Positions 1 through 12,275 of a stretch of 64,000 nt of DNA are shown in pieces. How positions within the stretch are numbered: the first letter of the stretch is position 1; every line of letters starts with the position of its first letter. Location of the stretch: positions 257,176,001 through 257,240,000 of the forward strand of contig OZ024743.1 in the NCBI GenBank assembly GCA_964016885.1, read 5' to 3'. The notes beneath the pieces were generated by a model. That model was not told the DNA's origin. It was given only the letters and a program-made list of their open reading frames with translations, and made no database searches. Both the position numbers and the translations under genes were made by a program. This DNA is from Eledone cirrhosa. Taxonomy: Eukaryota.

Positions 1-139
1 TAGAATACAGAGATATTTTTCTATATATACACTGTACATACGTGTATGTGTGTGTGTGTGAAAAGTCAACAATGGAAAACAACACAAGACAAAAATATAG
101 CATAATGATGATATATATTAAATCAAAGCTTGGTATAGT

Positions 140-300
140 CGGAAAAGAGTCTCGACATTTTGGACGTTAGTCCTTCATTGGATGATTGAATGAGAGAGAT
201 AGAAGAAATGAAAAGATAGATTAGAGTAAGAAAAGGAAGAAATGGAAAACAATTTATTTCACCAGAGGAAAGCATGTGTGTGTTTAGTCAGCCATTATAT
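140..300 (-). mobile_element. Penelope-like terminal relic with degenerate minimal hammerhead motif
   Basis: Minus strand reads ccaatga-aggac-taac-gtcc-aaaa-tgtc, a mutated CTGATGA/stem II/GAAA-CGTC pattern. A related, more decayed copy lies near 37180-37320. Confidence 0.4.
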
Positions 301-589
301 ATATATATATGCTTATAAATATCTGTACACGAATATATAATATTATATATATATATATAACAGATTAAAGATTAAGCAAAGAATCGCTGTTTTCACCCTT
401 AACGAGATCTTCTGAAACTAAAAAAATCAATCTGTGAACGCAGAAGTAAATATTTCGAAAAAAAAGTTACACACTATATATACATATATACACACACACA
501 CACACACAGCGACGTCATAATATCGTAATGCAGACAGATATTATAAGGGCGCAACGTTATATCTGTGTATCTATCTAAAAAGAAAGACT

Positions 590-779
590 AAGAATTATAG
601 AGAGATCGCTAAATCACCTAATGCGGTCCCTAGGGCATTGAAATTTTGAAATATTTTTGGCTCAAAACACTCACAGCACCATAAGTATTACATGTGTAAA
701 GTTTGAAAACAATCGGTTGGGTGATTCTCGAGGTTTAGGGAGTCAGACAGACAGATATTCTCTGTTTTAGATATATAAA
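590..779 (-). mobile_element. Non-autonomous Helitron-like 5' fragment
   Basis: Minus strand begins tttatatatctaaaa...ctgtctgtctg...ccgattgttttcaaactttacaca, the same layout as the Helitron 5' end at 54716. No clear 3' terminus. Confidence 0.35.
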
Positions 780-988
780 TAACACAGATGTAATAGGCTT
801 TCCCTGTACTCATCTATCTATCTGTATGTCATGAACAATTACATGTAAAATGCATACCATTTTAGAAGTATATTACATTATTTATTTAGTCACACTTTTC
901 GTCTCATTCCATTTCCTATGCTGTTTTTACTTTTGTTTAAATAACATTACTTGGAACAGCACAAAACAGCAATGACCCAAAACCCACT

Positions 989-989
989 A

Positions 990-1043
<54 letters not shown>

Positions 1044-1056
1044 CATACATATACAT

Positions 1057-1091
<35 letters not shown>

Positions 1092-1095
1092 CACA
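989..1095. repeat. (TA)n/(CA)n microsatellite
   Basis: Directly visible. Confidence 0.95.
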
Positions 1096-1169
1096 TATGT
1101 TGACACATCTATATATACTTCGTTTTTGTATTTGTTTTGCGAGGTTATTGATGTGAAACTGTGTGTTGA

Positions 1170-1380
1170 AACAGATATTGTTATACTTTGGGAGGGTCAT
1201 TCTGCTAATAAAAACACATGTATCAGTTGCATTTTACTTCAGTTTTATTACTATTTGGGTACATAATCAATTCCTCAGTTAGTTTAGTAACTAGGCGGTT
1301 GTTTAATTGTCATATTTGAATGTCAAAGCTCCTACCTCACACATTCTGTGACCTTATTAGTGACTATTCTTGCTCCTGTG
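1170..1380 (-). mobile_element. Penelope-like element 3' end, same family as 40538-41390
   Basis: atattgttatactttgggagggtcattctgctaataaaaacacatg matches the reverse complement of 41345-41390; similarity continues to tgtcaaag...agtgact. Confidence 0.65.
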
Positions 1381-1835
1381 TTTTGATTGTGTTTTATTCA
1401 TTCAATCTCATCATTGTGATGTGTATGGGAGAGAAACAAGATATAAATAATACATGCCTGCATTCACACATGCCAAACACTTGCGCAAATAGCAGTATAA
1501 AAATATACATACACACATGCATACCACATACACACCAGTGATCTTAGTACTCCACAAAGGAGGAGAACCTCAACATTCATAATAGAGTAGATAGATATAG
1601 ATACTTATATGGAATCATATACAATATGCTTGTGTACATCTTGCTGAGTATTAGAGACGGCGATGATGCTACAGCTAACTCTGTAACCATATGAGAATGC
1701 AAATACTAATATTTGAGGATCTTTACCCATCTTCAGCCATGTTTACTCACTTGCTACTGAGACACATAAGATATGTATAGATTTTTGCAAACAATATAAT
1801 TATGGAGAAGCTCATTTTCATACAGTTTGTGTTTG

Positions 1836-2017
1836 ATGAGCTGGTAATAAAGGGTCGGATGCTATGCTTTGATGCATAGAGTTACGGCCTCGCCATTCTG
1901 AGTTCGAATCCTGCCGAGGTTAACTTTGCCTTTCATCCTTACGGGGTCAATAAAATAAAATACCAGTAATGCACTGGGTAATTGCTGGCCTTGTGCCAAA
2001 AATCAGAGACAATTAAT
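1836..2017 (+). mobile_element. tRNA-derived SINE, family B
   Basis: B-box gagttcgaatcc followed by the conserved core gccgaggttaactttgcctttcatccttacggggtcaataaaataaa; at least 10 copies in the window. Confidence 0.8.
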
Positions 2018-2050
2018 TAGCATTAGCATCATCACAACCTTGTATAAGGG

Positions 2051-2566
2051 TATATATCTTTTCAAGAAGATCACCTATAATATTACTGTTCAGATCCTTT
2101 CTACACACCCATGCAAGCCTGGGTATTGCTGTCACTTTCTTTGTTTCTTTTTATATATAGTCACTGACATAGTATTGAAAAATAATTGGTAGACTTAATT
2201 CATGAATTTTTGTCACATCTCTCTGAATTGGTCCTTCTTGTTTCACTGTTTATTCTGAGAATGAAGGGAATGCTTCTGACTTTTCACAGAGCCATCATGA
2301 CAGGGATTGGAAGGAGGAATATATCCTGAACCTGGACACCTGGTCTCAATTCTTACAACAATGTGGACTCTACTAAAGACACCCATGTGCCAGCAGGGTT
2401 GGAGTGTTAACCCAGGCTATGAATTAAGTCTACCAATTATTTTGCAACTCTATGTCAGTGTCTATATATTAAAAGCAACAAAAAAATAAATTACAGCAAT
2501 ACCCAGGCTTGCATGTAGAAAGGATCAGAACTAATATTATAGGTGATCTTCTTGAAAGGATATATA
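2051..2566. repeat. Fold-back element with ~150-bp imperfect inverted arms
   Basis: 2051-2203 is the reverse complement of 2419-2566 (ttcaagaagatcacctataatatta; catgcaagcctgggtattgctgt; aaaataattggtagacttaattcat). Confidence 0.85.
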
Positions 2567-2907
2567 GGCACATGGCTTAGTGGTTAGAGCATTGGCCATG
2601 CAATCGAAAGGTTGTGAGTTCAATTCTCAGACCGGGTGATGTGTTGTTTCCTTGAGCAAGACACTTTATTTCACATTGCTCCAGTTTACTCAGCTGTAGA
2701 AATGAGATGATATGGACTTGAGTCCCTATCATTCCACTGCAAAGTGGTCGTGGAGGTGCCACGGCAAAAAAGCACCCAGCACTCACTGTAAATGAGGTTG
2801 GTGTTAGGAAGGGCATCCAGCTGTAGAAATCAAGCCAGAATCAGTTCCCGTCCCACCCTTGCAAGCAGGGAAAAGTAGACGTAAAATGAAATGATGATGA
2901 TGATGAT
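2567..2907 (+). mobile_element. CORE-type tRNA-SINE with RTE-derived 3' tail, family A
   Basis: A-box tggcttagtgg, B-box gttcaattc, CORE-like ccttgagcaagacactt...cagtttactcagctgtagaaatg; 3' part shared with the RTE 3'UTR; (GAT)n tail. Confidence 0.9.
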
Positions 2908-3807
2908 ACTAAATGTCATCAACCTAGTTGCAAAACTATTGCCTGCAGCATGGAATATACATACATTACATGTATTCACATTTATATATTTACCATTTGA
3001 TAGCAATCTATATAAAACTGTTCTATTCTATAATACAAAAATGTTTATTTAAAAGTGTCAGAACCTTTATTATGTTATATTTATATTAATAAAGTTAGTT
3101 ATTTTACAAAAGCTCACAGAACTCTCAATCATTTTTCAAAGTTATTAAAATATCATAAGCACTATCTTTCAGAAGAAATATGGTTATCAAAGAGTTAAAT
3201 TATTGCTTTTGTCCCCTCTAATTTATCCTAATTATTCTTCCAATACTCTATATTGATTTAATTCCAGGAATTAAATAGAGGAATACAGATAATAAAGGAT
3301 ATCAACACAGATTCTCTCTCTTCTCTGACTTAACAATATTTGCCATCATCACCATCATCAACAACATACTAATTTCTTCCATTAAAATCAACATTCTAGT
3401 CATCATTTTGCTTCTAAATGTATAATAACAATGTTATTAGCAGAGTAGGATTTAGTAGTCTAAGACAACAGCGATATTTGAGGAATTAATTTGTGTTTGT
3501 TGAAATGGACTTATAATAATTACACCCGTGAGAAATCGAACGTTATCAATCACAGTTCAGACTGGACAGCTTCATTTTAGTTGAAATTGGTGGAATTATG
3601 AAAGAAACAAAGACGCATTACCAAGATAATTTACTAAACATTGATTTCTTCCAATTTCCTTTTGCTTAACTCTTTTCATACCAAATTACCTGAAACCACG
3701 CCTGCTTCTGTGATAATCAACTGTTTGTTTTAAAATATCTACATTTGTTTAAATACCTTCCATCAGCATTTTACATTAGAACCTTTATTAAGTTATGTTT
3801 CATATAC

Positions 3808-4006
3808 TAATGATTTCTGATTTAGGCACAAGGCCAACAATTTGGGGGAGAGGAGAAAGTCGATTAAATCAACCCCAGTACATTACTAACAAAGCTAACA
3901 TTACTAACTAACCTCAGCGGGATTTGAACTCAGAACACAACGGGCCGTAACTCTATGCCACAAAACATGATGTCCGATGCCCAACTGATACTGCCAATCC
4001 ACTCCC
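3808..4006 (-). mobile_element. tRNA-derived SINE, family B
   Basis: Reverse complement of the family B head and tail (ggcacaaggcca...gggatttgaactcaga...ctgccaatccac). Confidence 0.7.
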
Positions 4007-4625
4007 CTCAAATCCAATTTAATAATGAGAAAGTTACATTACTAAATCCCTCCAAATTCATTAATATTTCCAATAGGTAGTGTCTTTCATGAGAATAAGA
4101 TAACAAAATGGTTAAAGATTTATTCAGCATATGTATAATTTTACCAGTAGTTTCCAGAATGTTGCTGGTTAGTCCAATAAATGCTGTGTAAGTCTGGTTT
4201 AAAATAGGTATACTATAGTACACCTGCATATCATAAGAGATGACAAATGTTTTGGCACAAGGACCTGGATCCAGCTGTAAAACATTGTCTCAAAATGAAC
4301 TGAGTGGCTATGAAAACTGTCATTTGTTTTATATGCCATCAAGTAGAAACACATTAAGAGAAGTCCAGGTAACAGGCAGGTGTTGGAGTAGATATGTTTG
4401 GTTATTTAATGAAATAGAGCAAACCATTCTTCAAGAGATCATTTCCGTTGGTTCATCACATGTTGGTTCATCACATGTTTAAAATCAGGTTGTCTAAATG
4501 ATATTAGTAGAAACAAAGATGTAATCAAGTATATATTTTTTATCTATCTTTTATTTATTTCTTTTACTATTTTTAATCATTAGACCTTGGCTATTTTGAT
4601 GTTGGATTTAATCAATATTTATATA

Positions 4626-7463
4626 TCATCATCATCATCATCATCGTTTTACATCCGTTCTTCCACGCTAGCATGGGTTAGACGGGTTGTCCTGTTGTGG
4701 GCAGTGTCTGGTCGGCTGACCATGCCTTGCTCATATAGGAACTGATTTGGCTTGATTTCTACAGCTGGATGCCCTTCCTAACACCAACCTCATTTACAGT
4801 GAGTGCTGGGTGCTTTTTCGTGGCGCCTACACGTCCACTTTACAGTGTGGGCTGGGTGCTTTTTTGCCGTGGCACCTCCACGACCACCTTGCAGTGGGAG
4901 GGTGTGGGGGCATATTGTCTATATGCTTCAGCTTGTACCCATGGGAGGTCGGGTACTCTGTATTACTGTGTGACGCCAGAGGTCAGGGTCGTGTGTCATT
5001 GCCTTTGAGAGGTGTAATTGGGTAAGGTCGGCTTTTATCACCTCATGCCAGGTCTTCTTGGGTCTCCCCACTCCGCGGTTTCCATCGACTTCTAGTGCTC
5101 TGCACCTTTTTATGCAGCTGTCATCCTTCATACGCATCACATGTCCATACCAACGCAACCGCCTCTCCTACACACAGCATTTGATTCCTCTTTTGCTCAG
5201 TCTCTCTCTCAATTCATTTATGCTTTGTCGTTCGCATATATTACTATTACACATCCATCGGAGCATGCAGGCTTCGTTTCTTTCTAATCTACGTAAGTCT
5301 TCCACCTTCAGAGCCCAGGTCTCACTACCATGTAACATTGCTGTTCGGATACACGCATCATACAGTCTGCCTTTCATTTTGAGGGAGAAGCCTTTTGCAG
5401 CTAGCAGTGGTAGTAGTTCCCTGAACTTCTTCCATCCCGTTCTTACCCTAGTTATTGTACTTTCTGAACACCCACCTCGGTCACCTAGGTAGCAGAAGCT
5501 GTCTACTGTCTCTACAGAGCCCTCCCAGAGATTGGTGGTACTTGTTTCCTGTGGCTGTTTGCTGCTTGCTGTCCCAGTACAGCTGCTGCATGTGAAGCCT
5601 ACATTCTTAATTAAGCTTCCTGAGATCCCGCTACATCTCTTGTCTACCTAATGTTTGCATTTGGGGCAGAGAATGGAGTTCCTACCTACACCTTTCCTAC
5701 ATACTGAGCAAGGCCATTTCCCTGAGGGAATCTGGGTTCTGTTTTCTCGTCTACTTACAAGGACCTTAGTCTATGTCATGTTGACTTTGGGACCCTTTCT
5801 TTCTAGACCCTGCTTTCAAGTTTGGAATTTCTTCTCTAGTTCTACCATAGATTCAGCTATAAGTGCGAGGTCATCAGCATACAGGAGTTCTCATGGGCAT
5901 CCAGTCTTAAACTCCTCCGATATTGCCTGCAGGACTACGATGAACAGGAGAGGGCTAAGAACAGAGCCCTGGTGGACCCCAACCTGTACGCTAAATTCCT
6001 CGCTATACTCATTGCTAATCCTTACTTTGCTGACTGCTCCCCTATACATGGCTTGTACAGCTTTCACAAGCCATTCATCTACTCCTAGTTTTCTAAGAGT
6101 CCACCAGATTACAGCACGTGGAACTCTGTCAAAGGCTTTCTCGAGATCAATGAATGCTAGGTAGAGTGGCTTACTTTTAGCTAGGTACTTTTTCTGTAAC
6201 TGCCTCACAAGGAAGAGGGCATCAGTGGTGCCTCTTCCTGGTACAAACCCAAATTACATCTCATCTAGTTTCACCCGGTCCCTAATCAACTGTGCTATAA
6301 CTCTTTCTGTTACTTTCATGACCTGGTCCATCAGCTTTATACCTCTAAAGTTTCCTCTATCGAGTGCATCACCTTTACCTTTGTAGCAGTTGACAATGAT
6401 GCTACTGCACCAATCTTTTGGTATGACACCTTCTAGTATTACCTGGTTAACAATACGTGTGGTTATAGTGTGACCTACAGACCCAGATGCCTTCAGCATC
6501 ACGGCAGCTATACCCGATGGACCGGTTGCCTTCCCCATCTTCATATCTTTGATTGCCTTACTTACTACGCTGCTGCTGACTTGTACTGCTGGCATCTCTA
6601 TAGGGTCTACTTGGAGTAGGGTCTTTTCTTCCCATGCATTCTCCTCATTTAGTAATCTATCATAATGACTCTTCCATGAATCTTTCTTGTCAGCACTTGT
6701 GAGGGCAAGCTCACCTTTATCATTCCGGATACACTTCTCTCCAATGACATCATAATTCTCTCTGACACACTGCCTCGCAATCTTGAACACCTCTTGTTTC
6801 TTGTCCTCACGTTGCAAAACATGCTTAAATTTTCTATCCTCTGCTTCCCACCCTAGCTAAGTATACTTGTCGCATAGCTTCCCTCTTGGTCTCTATGTAA
6901 TGTACCCTGCTTCCCCCGTTCTTCCATTCTTTCCATGCCTGTCTCTTGGCCTTAACTGCCTCATCTACCTTATTGTTCCACCACCAAGTCACTCTCCTCC
7001 TGCTTATGCTCTTACTCCAGCCACAGACCTCATCTGTCGCCTCTAGTAAGTTATTTTTTAGGAACTGCCAGTGCTCTTCTACATTGAATGTCTCTATCTG
7101 TTCTTCTTTACTGTCGTAGGCGTTGAGTAAAATATCTTTAAATCTGTTACTGGCTGAGGGGTTTTTCAGCTTCCAGATCTTTCTTCTACAGGTTCGCCTC
7201 TGTTTCCAGGTTCGTCTAATTCTGAGTGTGAGGTCGCTGACAACTAAGCTATGTTGGGAGGTACATTCCTCACTAGAGAAGGCTTTTGTGTTTACGACCG
7301 TCCTTCTGTCATTTCCTCTGATGAGGATAAAATCCATCTGACTAGAATGCTCCCCTGATCTATAGGTGATCAGGTAGTTGTCGGGTTTTTTGAAGTTTGT
7401 GTTACATATCGACATGTCATTTGCGTCGCCGAATTCTAGAAGTCTGAATCCTTCTTCATTTCT
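4626..7463 (-). mobile_element. RTE-clade LINE, 5'-truncated; APE endonuclease C-terminal part plus RT, disrupted by stops/frameshifts
   Basis: ORF pieces 6834-7508 (NTNFKK..ITY..SQMDFIL..SQHSLV), 6254-6817 (KATGPSG, KGKGD..NFRGIKL), 5891-6208 (AFIDLEKAFDRVPR, GVHQGSVLSPLLF), YADD near 5870, 3'UTR and (GAT)n tail at 4626-4645. Confidence 0.95.
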
Positions 7464-7469
7464 TATATA

Positions 7470-7505
<36 letters not shown>

Positions 7506-7508
7506 CAA

Positions 7509-7675
7509 AAGGGATATTTAATTGATATGCTCTCATCAGATAAAATATCCAGGAAAAACTTGAACCATTAAGATCTCCTTCCTGGATATGTCAATATTTC
7601 TAAAACAAACTTTGTATTTTATCTAATGAGTGCGTACCAAAGTTTTGGTACCCTTGAAATTTATATAATAGAATA
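7509..7675. ncRNA. Type I minimal hammerhead ribozyme relic in an inverted pair
   Basis: 7615-7675 (+): tattttat-CTAATGA-g..gtacc aaagtttt ggtac..-GAAA-t-ttat-a-TA-atagaata. The inverted partial copy at 7509-7547 retains CTGATGA on the minus strand. Confidence 0.6.
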
Positions 7676-7717
7676 AATATGGTTTTATAAATATAGTTTC
7701 CATTTATTTAATATCAT

Positions 7718-7756
<39 letters not shown>

Positions 7757-7759
<3 letters not shown>

Positions 7760-8857
7760 GTGCATAAAAGATGTAGTAGGATCACAGGTAAGCTAACTAA
7801 GAATATAGATTTTATATGTGGCCGGTGCTCAGGTGCAATAAGTAGCAGCAAGTGCCCACAAAATACTAGCTCATTCCATTGCGCAGATGGTTCTATAGAA
7901 ATAGTGGACACCTTCCGTTACCTGGGTGACAAAATCAGCAGTGGTGGAGGGTGCTCCGAAAGTACAGTAGCTAGAGTCAGAACGGGATGGAAAAAGTTCA
8001 GAGAGCTTATACCACTATTGGCCGCTAAAGGGTTCTCACTAAAAATGAAAGGCAGGCTGTATGATGCCTGCATACGAACAGCAATGTTGCATGGTAGTGA
8101 GACCTGGGCATTGTGTGCAGAGGATATATGCAGACTGGAGAGGAACGAAGCTTGCATGCTCCACTGGATGTGTAATAGTAATATACGTGAACGGCAAAGC
8201 ATAAACGAACTAAGGGAGAAATTAGGAATAAGAGGGATCAGATGCTGTTTACTCGAGAGAAGAATACGTTGGTACGGTCACATGATGTGCATGAAAGATG
8301 ACAGCTATATCAGAAAGTGCAGGGCGATAAAAATAGACGGTAGCCACGGAGTAGGCAGACCCAGAAAAACCTGGGACAACTTGCTAAATTCCGACCTCAC
8401 ACACTTACACCTCTCCAAGACAATGTCACTGGACCGAGATATTTGGCAATACACAGTAATACAGAAGACCCGCCTTGCCTAAGTACAAATTGAAACCTAC
8501 AGTCAGTAGGCATCTCTAACAAAAATACACCCGGCCCCACTACCCCTACCCCATCCACACCACCCCTTCCAATGTAAAGTTATGTTGGTACCACAACATC
8601 CAGCCCGAAACAAATGAGGTCGTGTAGGTGTCACGACAAAAAAACACACAGTCCACGCTGTAATGTGGCCATGTAGGTAACACGGTAAAAACCTCCCAGT
8701 CCACTCTGTAAATGTGGTTAGTTGTAGGAAGGGCATCCAGCCGTAGAAAACCCGCCAGACAGTCCTATACGAGCAAGACAACCAATCTTGCCTCAATTCC
8801 CGTCCAAACCCATGCTAGTGTGGAGGATGGACGTTAAACGATGATGATGATGATGAT
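7757..8857 (+). mobile_element. RTE-clade LINE 3' fragment, second subfamily
   Basis: 240-aa ORF 7760-8482 (HKRC, TFRYLG, KGRLYDACIRTAMLHGSETW, RWYGH, GRPRKTW), 3'UTR and (GAT)n tail. Confidence 0.95.
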
Positions 8858-8866
8858 ATATATATA

Positions 8867-10431
8867 TCATCATCATCATCATCATCATCACCGTTTTACG
8901 TCCGTTCTTCCACGCTAGCATGGGTTAGACGGGTTGTCCTGTTGTGGGCAGTGTCTGGTCGGCTGACCATGCCTTGCTCATACAGGAACTGATCTGGCTT
9001 GATTTCTACAGCTGGATGCCCTTCCTAACACCAACCTCATTTACAGTGAGTGCTGGGTGCTTTTTCGTGGCGCCTACACGTCCACTTTACAGTGTGGGCT
9101 GGGTGCTTTTTTGCCGTGGCACCTCCACGACCACCTTGCGGTGGGGGGGGGGGCATATTGTTTATATGCATCAGCATGTACCCATGGGAGGTCGGGTACC
9201 CTGTATTACTGCGTGACGCCAGAAGTCACGGTCGTGTGTCATTGACTTTGAGAGGTGTAGTTGGGTAAGGTCGGCTTTTATCACCTCATCCCAAGTCATC
9301 TTGGGTCTCCCCACTCCGCGGTTTCCATCAACTTCTAGTGCTCTGCACCTTTTTATGCAGCTGTCATCCTTCATACGCATCACATGTCCATACCAGCGTA
9401 ACCGCCTCTCCTGCACGCAGCATTTGATTCCTCTTATGCTCAGTCTCTCTCTCAATTCATTTATGCTTTGTCGTTCACGTATATTACTGTTACACATCCA
9501 TCGGAGCATGCAGGCTTCGTTTCTCTCTAATCTACGTAAGTCTTCCACCTTCAGCGCCCAGGTCTCACTACCATGCAACATCGCTGTTCGGATACACGCA
9601 TCATACAGTCTGCCTTTCATTCTGAGGGAGAAGCCTTTTGCAGCTAGCAGTGGTAGTAGTTCCCTAAACTTCTTCCATCCCGTTCTTACCCTAGTTATTG
9701 TACTTTCTGAGCACCCACCTCCGTTGCTAATTCGGTCACCTAGGTAGCAGAAGCTGTCTACTGTTTCTACAGGGCCCTCCCAGAGATTGGTGGTACTTGT
9801 TTCCTGTGGCTGTTTGCTTGCTGTTTCAGCACAGCTGCTGCATGTGAATCCTACATTCTTAATTAAGCTTCCTGAGATCCCGCTACATCTCTTGTGTACC
9901 CATTGTTTGCATTTGGGGCAAAGAATGGAGTTCCTACCTACACCTTTCCTACATACTGAGCAAGGCCATTTCCCTGAGGGGATCTGGGTTCTGTTTTCTC
10001 GTCTACTTATAAGGACCTTAGTCTTTGTCATGTTGACTTTGAGGCCCTTTCTCTCTAGTCCCTGCTTCCAGGTTTGGAATTTATTCTCTAGTTCTACCAT
10101 AGATTCAGCTATGAGTGCGAGGTCATCAGCATACAGGAGTTCCCATGGGCATCCGGTCTTAAACTCCTCCGTTATTGCCTGCAGGACTATGATGAACAGG
10201 AGAGGGCTAAGAACAGAGCCCTGGTGGACCCCAACCTGTACGCTAAATTCCTCGCTATACTCATTGCCAATCCTAACTTTGCTGACTGCTCCCCTATACA
10301 TGGCTTGTACCGCTTTCACAAGCCATTCATCTACTCCTAGTTTTCTAAGAGCCCACCAGATTACTGCACGTGGAACTCTGTCAAAGGCTTTCTCAAGGTC
10401 GACAAATGCCAAGTAGAGTGGCTTACTTTTA
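8867..10431 (-). mobile_element. RTE-clade LINE 3' half with an open RT frame
   Basis: ORF 9171-10481: AFVDLEKAFDRVPR, GVHQGSVLSPLLF, LYADD, GLKVNMTKTK, PHD-like Cys cluster, FCYLG. Highly similar to 4626-6180. Confidence 0.95.
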
Positions 10432-10461
10432 GTATATATATATGTGTGTGTGTGTGTATGC

Positions 10462-10678
10462 GGGAGAGCATACATATGCAAGATGCCTGGCCTGTCTGGA
10501 AGATCTGTAGCTCTGCTTCATACTGACTTGCTCTGTGTAGACCCATCCAACCCTTGCTCACAGAGAAAGTGGATATTAAAATGATGATGATAGTGTGTGT
10601 GTGTGTGTGTTGAACGTGCATATATATATATGTATATATAGAGAGACCATGCATATATATATATATTGAGCGTGCACA

Positions 10679-10714
<36 letters not shown>

Positions 10715-10936
10715 GAGAGAGAGCATGCATATATATATATATTGAGCGTGCATATATATATATATATATGCTTGCTCAACACACACACACTCCCACACAC
10801 ACACTATCATCATCATTTTAATATCCACTTTCCCTTTCAGCAAGGGTTGGATGGGTTTACAGAAACCAAGTCAGTATGAAGCAGAGCTACTAATCTTCCA
10901 GACAGGCCAGGCATCTTGCATATGTATGCTTTCCCA
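10462..10936. repeat. Fold-back of two tail-to-tail retroposon 3' ends around a compound microsatellite
   Basis: 10462-10612 (gcaagatgcctggcctgtctggaagat...ccatccaacccttgct...gatgatgatagtgtg) is the reverse complement of ~10776-10936. Confidence 0.85.
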
Positions 10937-11394
10937 TTCTATCAAGTGCACAAGAGGGGTTGTCATGTCTCTGACAAAACTAAAGAATCTTTCCAACTCC
11001 TTGTTTGGCTAGCTTTCTGTGGATGGATGCTCTTCCTATCACCACCCACTTTACAGTGTGTACTGGGTCTGTTTATCATGTTGATCACCAACACTAGGAA
11101 GGCTGTCATGTCTTGAAATGACCGAATGGACATCCCTACCAGTGTCTGGTAAACCTTCTATAGCTGAATGCCCTTCCTATCACTAACCATTACATGCTGT
11201 AGAGTGGTTGATTATAGGTAAGGCATTTAGCCATAGAGAGCTTGACAAACAAAGCAAAGTGTGCCCAGAATGCCGAATTACAGAATTAATTCATATCTTT
11301 GCAAACGATTGATGCCGAGAAATCATTTATAGCTCATTGGAAGTGTTTGGGCAAGCTGCAACTGATGGAGTTCAAACTATTGAAAGAAATATAT

Positions 11395-11631
11395 GGGTGC
11401 TTTTTTTCCATGGCGCCTATGCGTCCACTTTACAGTGTGGGCTGGGTGCTTTTTTGCTGTAGCACCGCCACAACCACTTTGCAGTGGGAGGTGTGGGGGT
11501 ATATTGTCTATATTCTTCAGCTTCGGCTTGTACCCGTGGGGGGTCGGGTATTCTGTATTACTGCGTGATGCCAGATGTCTCGGTCGTGTGTCATTTGAGA
11601 GGTGTAATTGGGTAAGGTCGGCTTTTATCAT
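11395..11631 (-). mobile_element. RTE LINE extreme 3' fragment
   Basis: IKADLTQLHLS plus 3'UTR matching 4810-5040. Confidence 0.85.
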
Positions 11632-12049
11632 ATATATAAATATATATATATATAGTATATATATACATATGGAAGATAGGCATTAATCAATAATGATGAT
11701 GATGATGATATATATACATATCTAAATATATTTATATATGGATATGTGTATGTTTGTCAACATTACTCATATTTAAATTAGATACAATTAAACCTAATAT
11801 TTAACTTTTAAATGAAAAACAGCTAACATGTGAAGGTATTTCAAAATCTACATTATAGATGCACAGACTATGCACGCACGCACACACACATACATACACA
11901 GACATATAGGCCTTTGCTCTTCAATCAATCAGCCTGACCCTATGAATCAATGCAGTAGAATAGCCTGCGGAATGTTAACCATATCAAACTTACAGCACAC
12001 AGACAGATGCAATATAACTTCCTTATTTACCCTTTACCTCTAGGGTAGA

Positions 12050-12077
12050 AATACACATATACACACATGTGTGTATA

Positions 12078-12129
<52 letters not shown>

Positions 12130-12212
12130 TACATACATACATATATATATATACACATACATATATGTGTGTGTGTATATATGTGTCTATACAATTATGT
12201 GTGTGTATATAT

Positions 12213-12265
<53 letters not shown>

Positions 12266-12275
12266 TATGTATACA
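12050..12275. repeat. Compound (TA)/(CA)/(TG) microsatellite
   Basis: Directly visible. Confidence 0.95.

Noticed and set aside
2567-2640. tRNA-like sequence
   Set aside because: A/B boxes run into CORE and LINE tail; this is a SINE head, not a tRNA gene.
9301-10416. Plus-strand ORFs of 148 and 209 aa (also 5058-6164 and 29675-32967 plus, 57228-60865 minus)
   Set aside because: Antisense shadows of TE coding regions.
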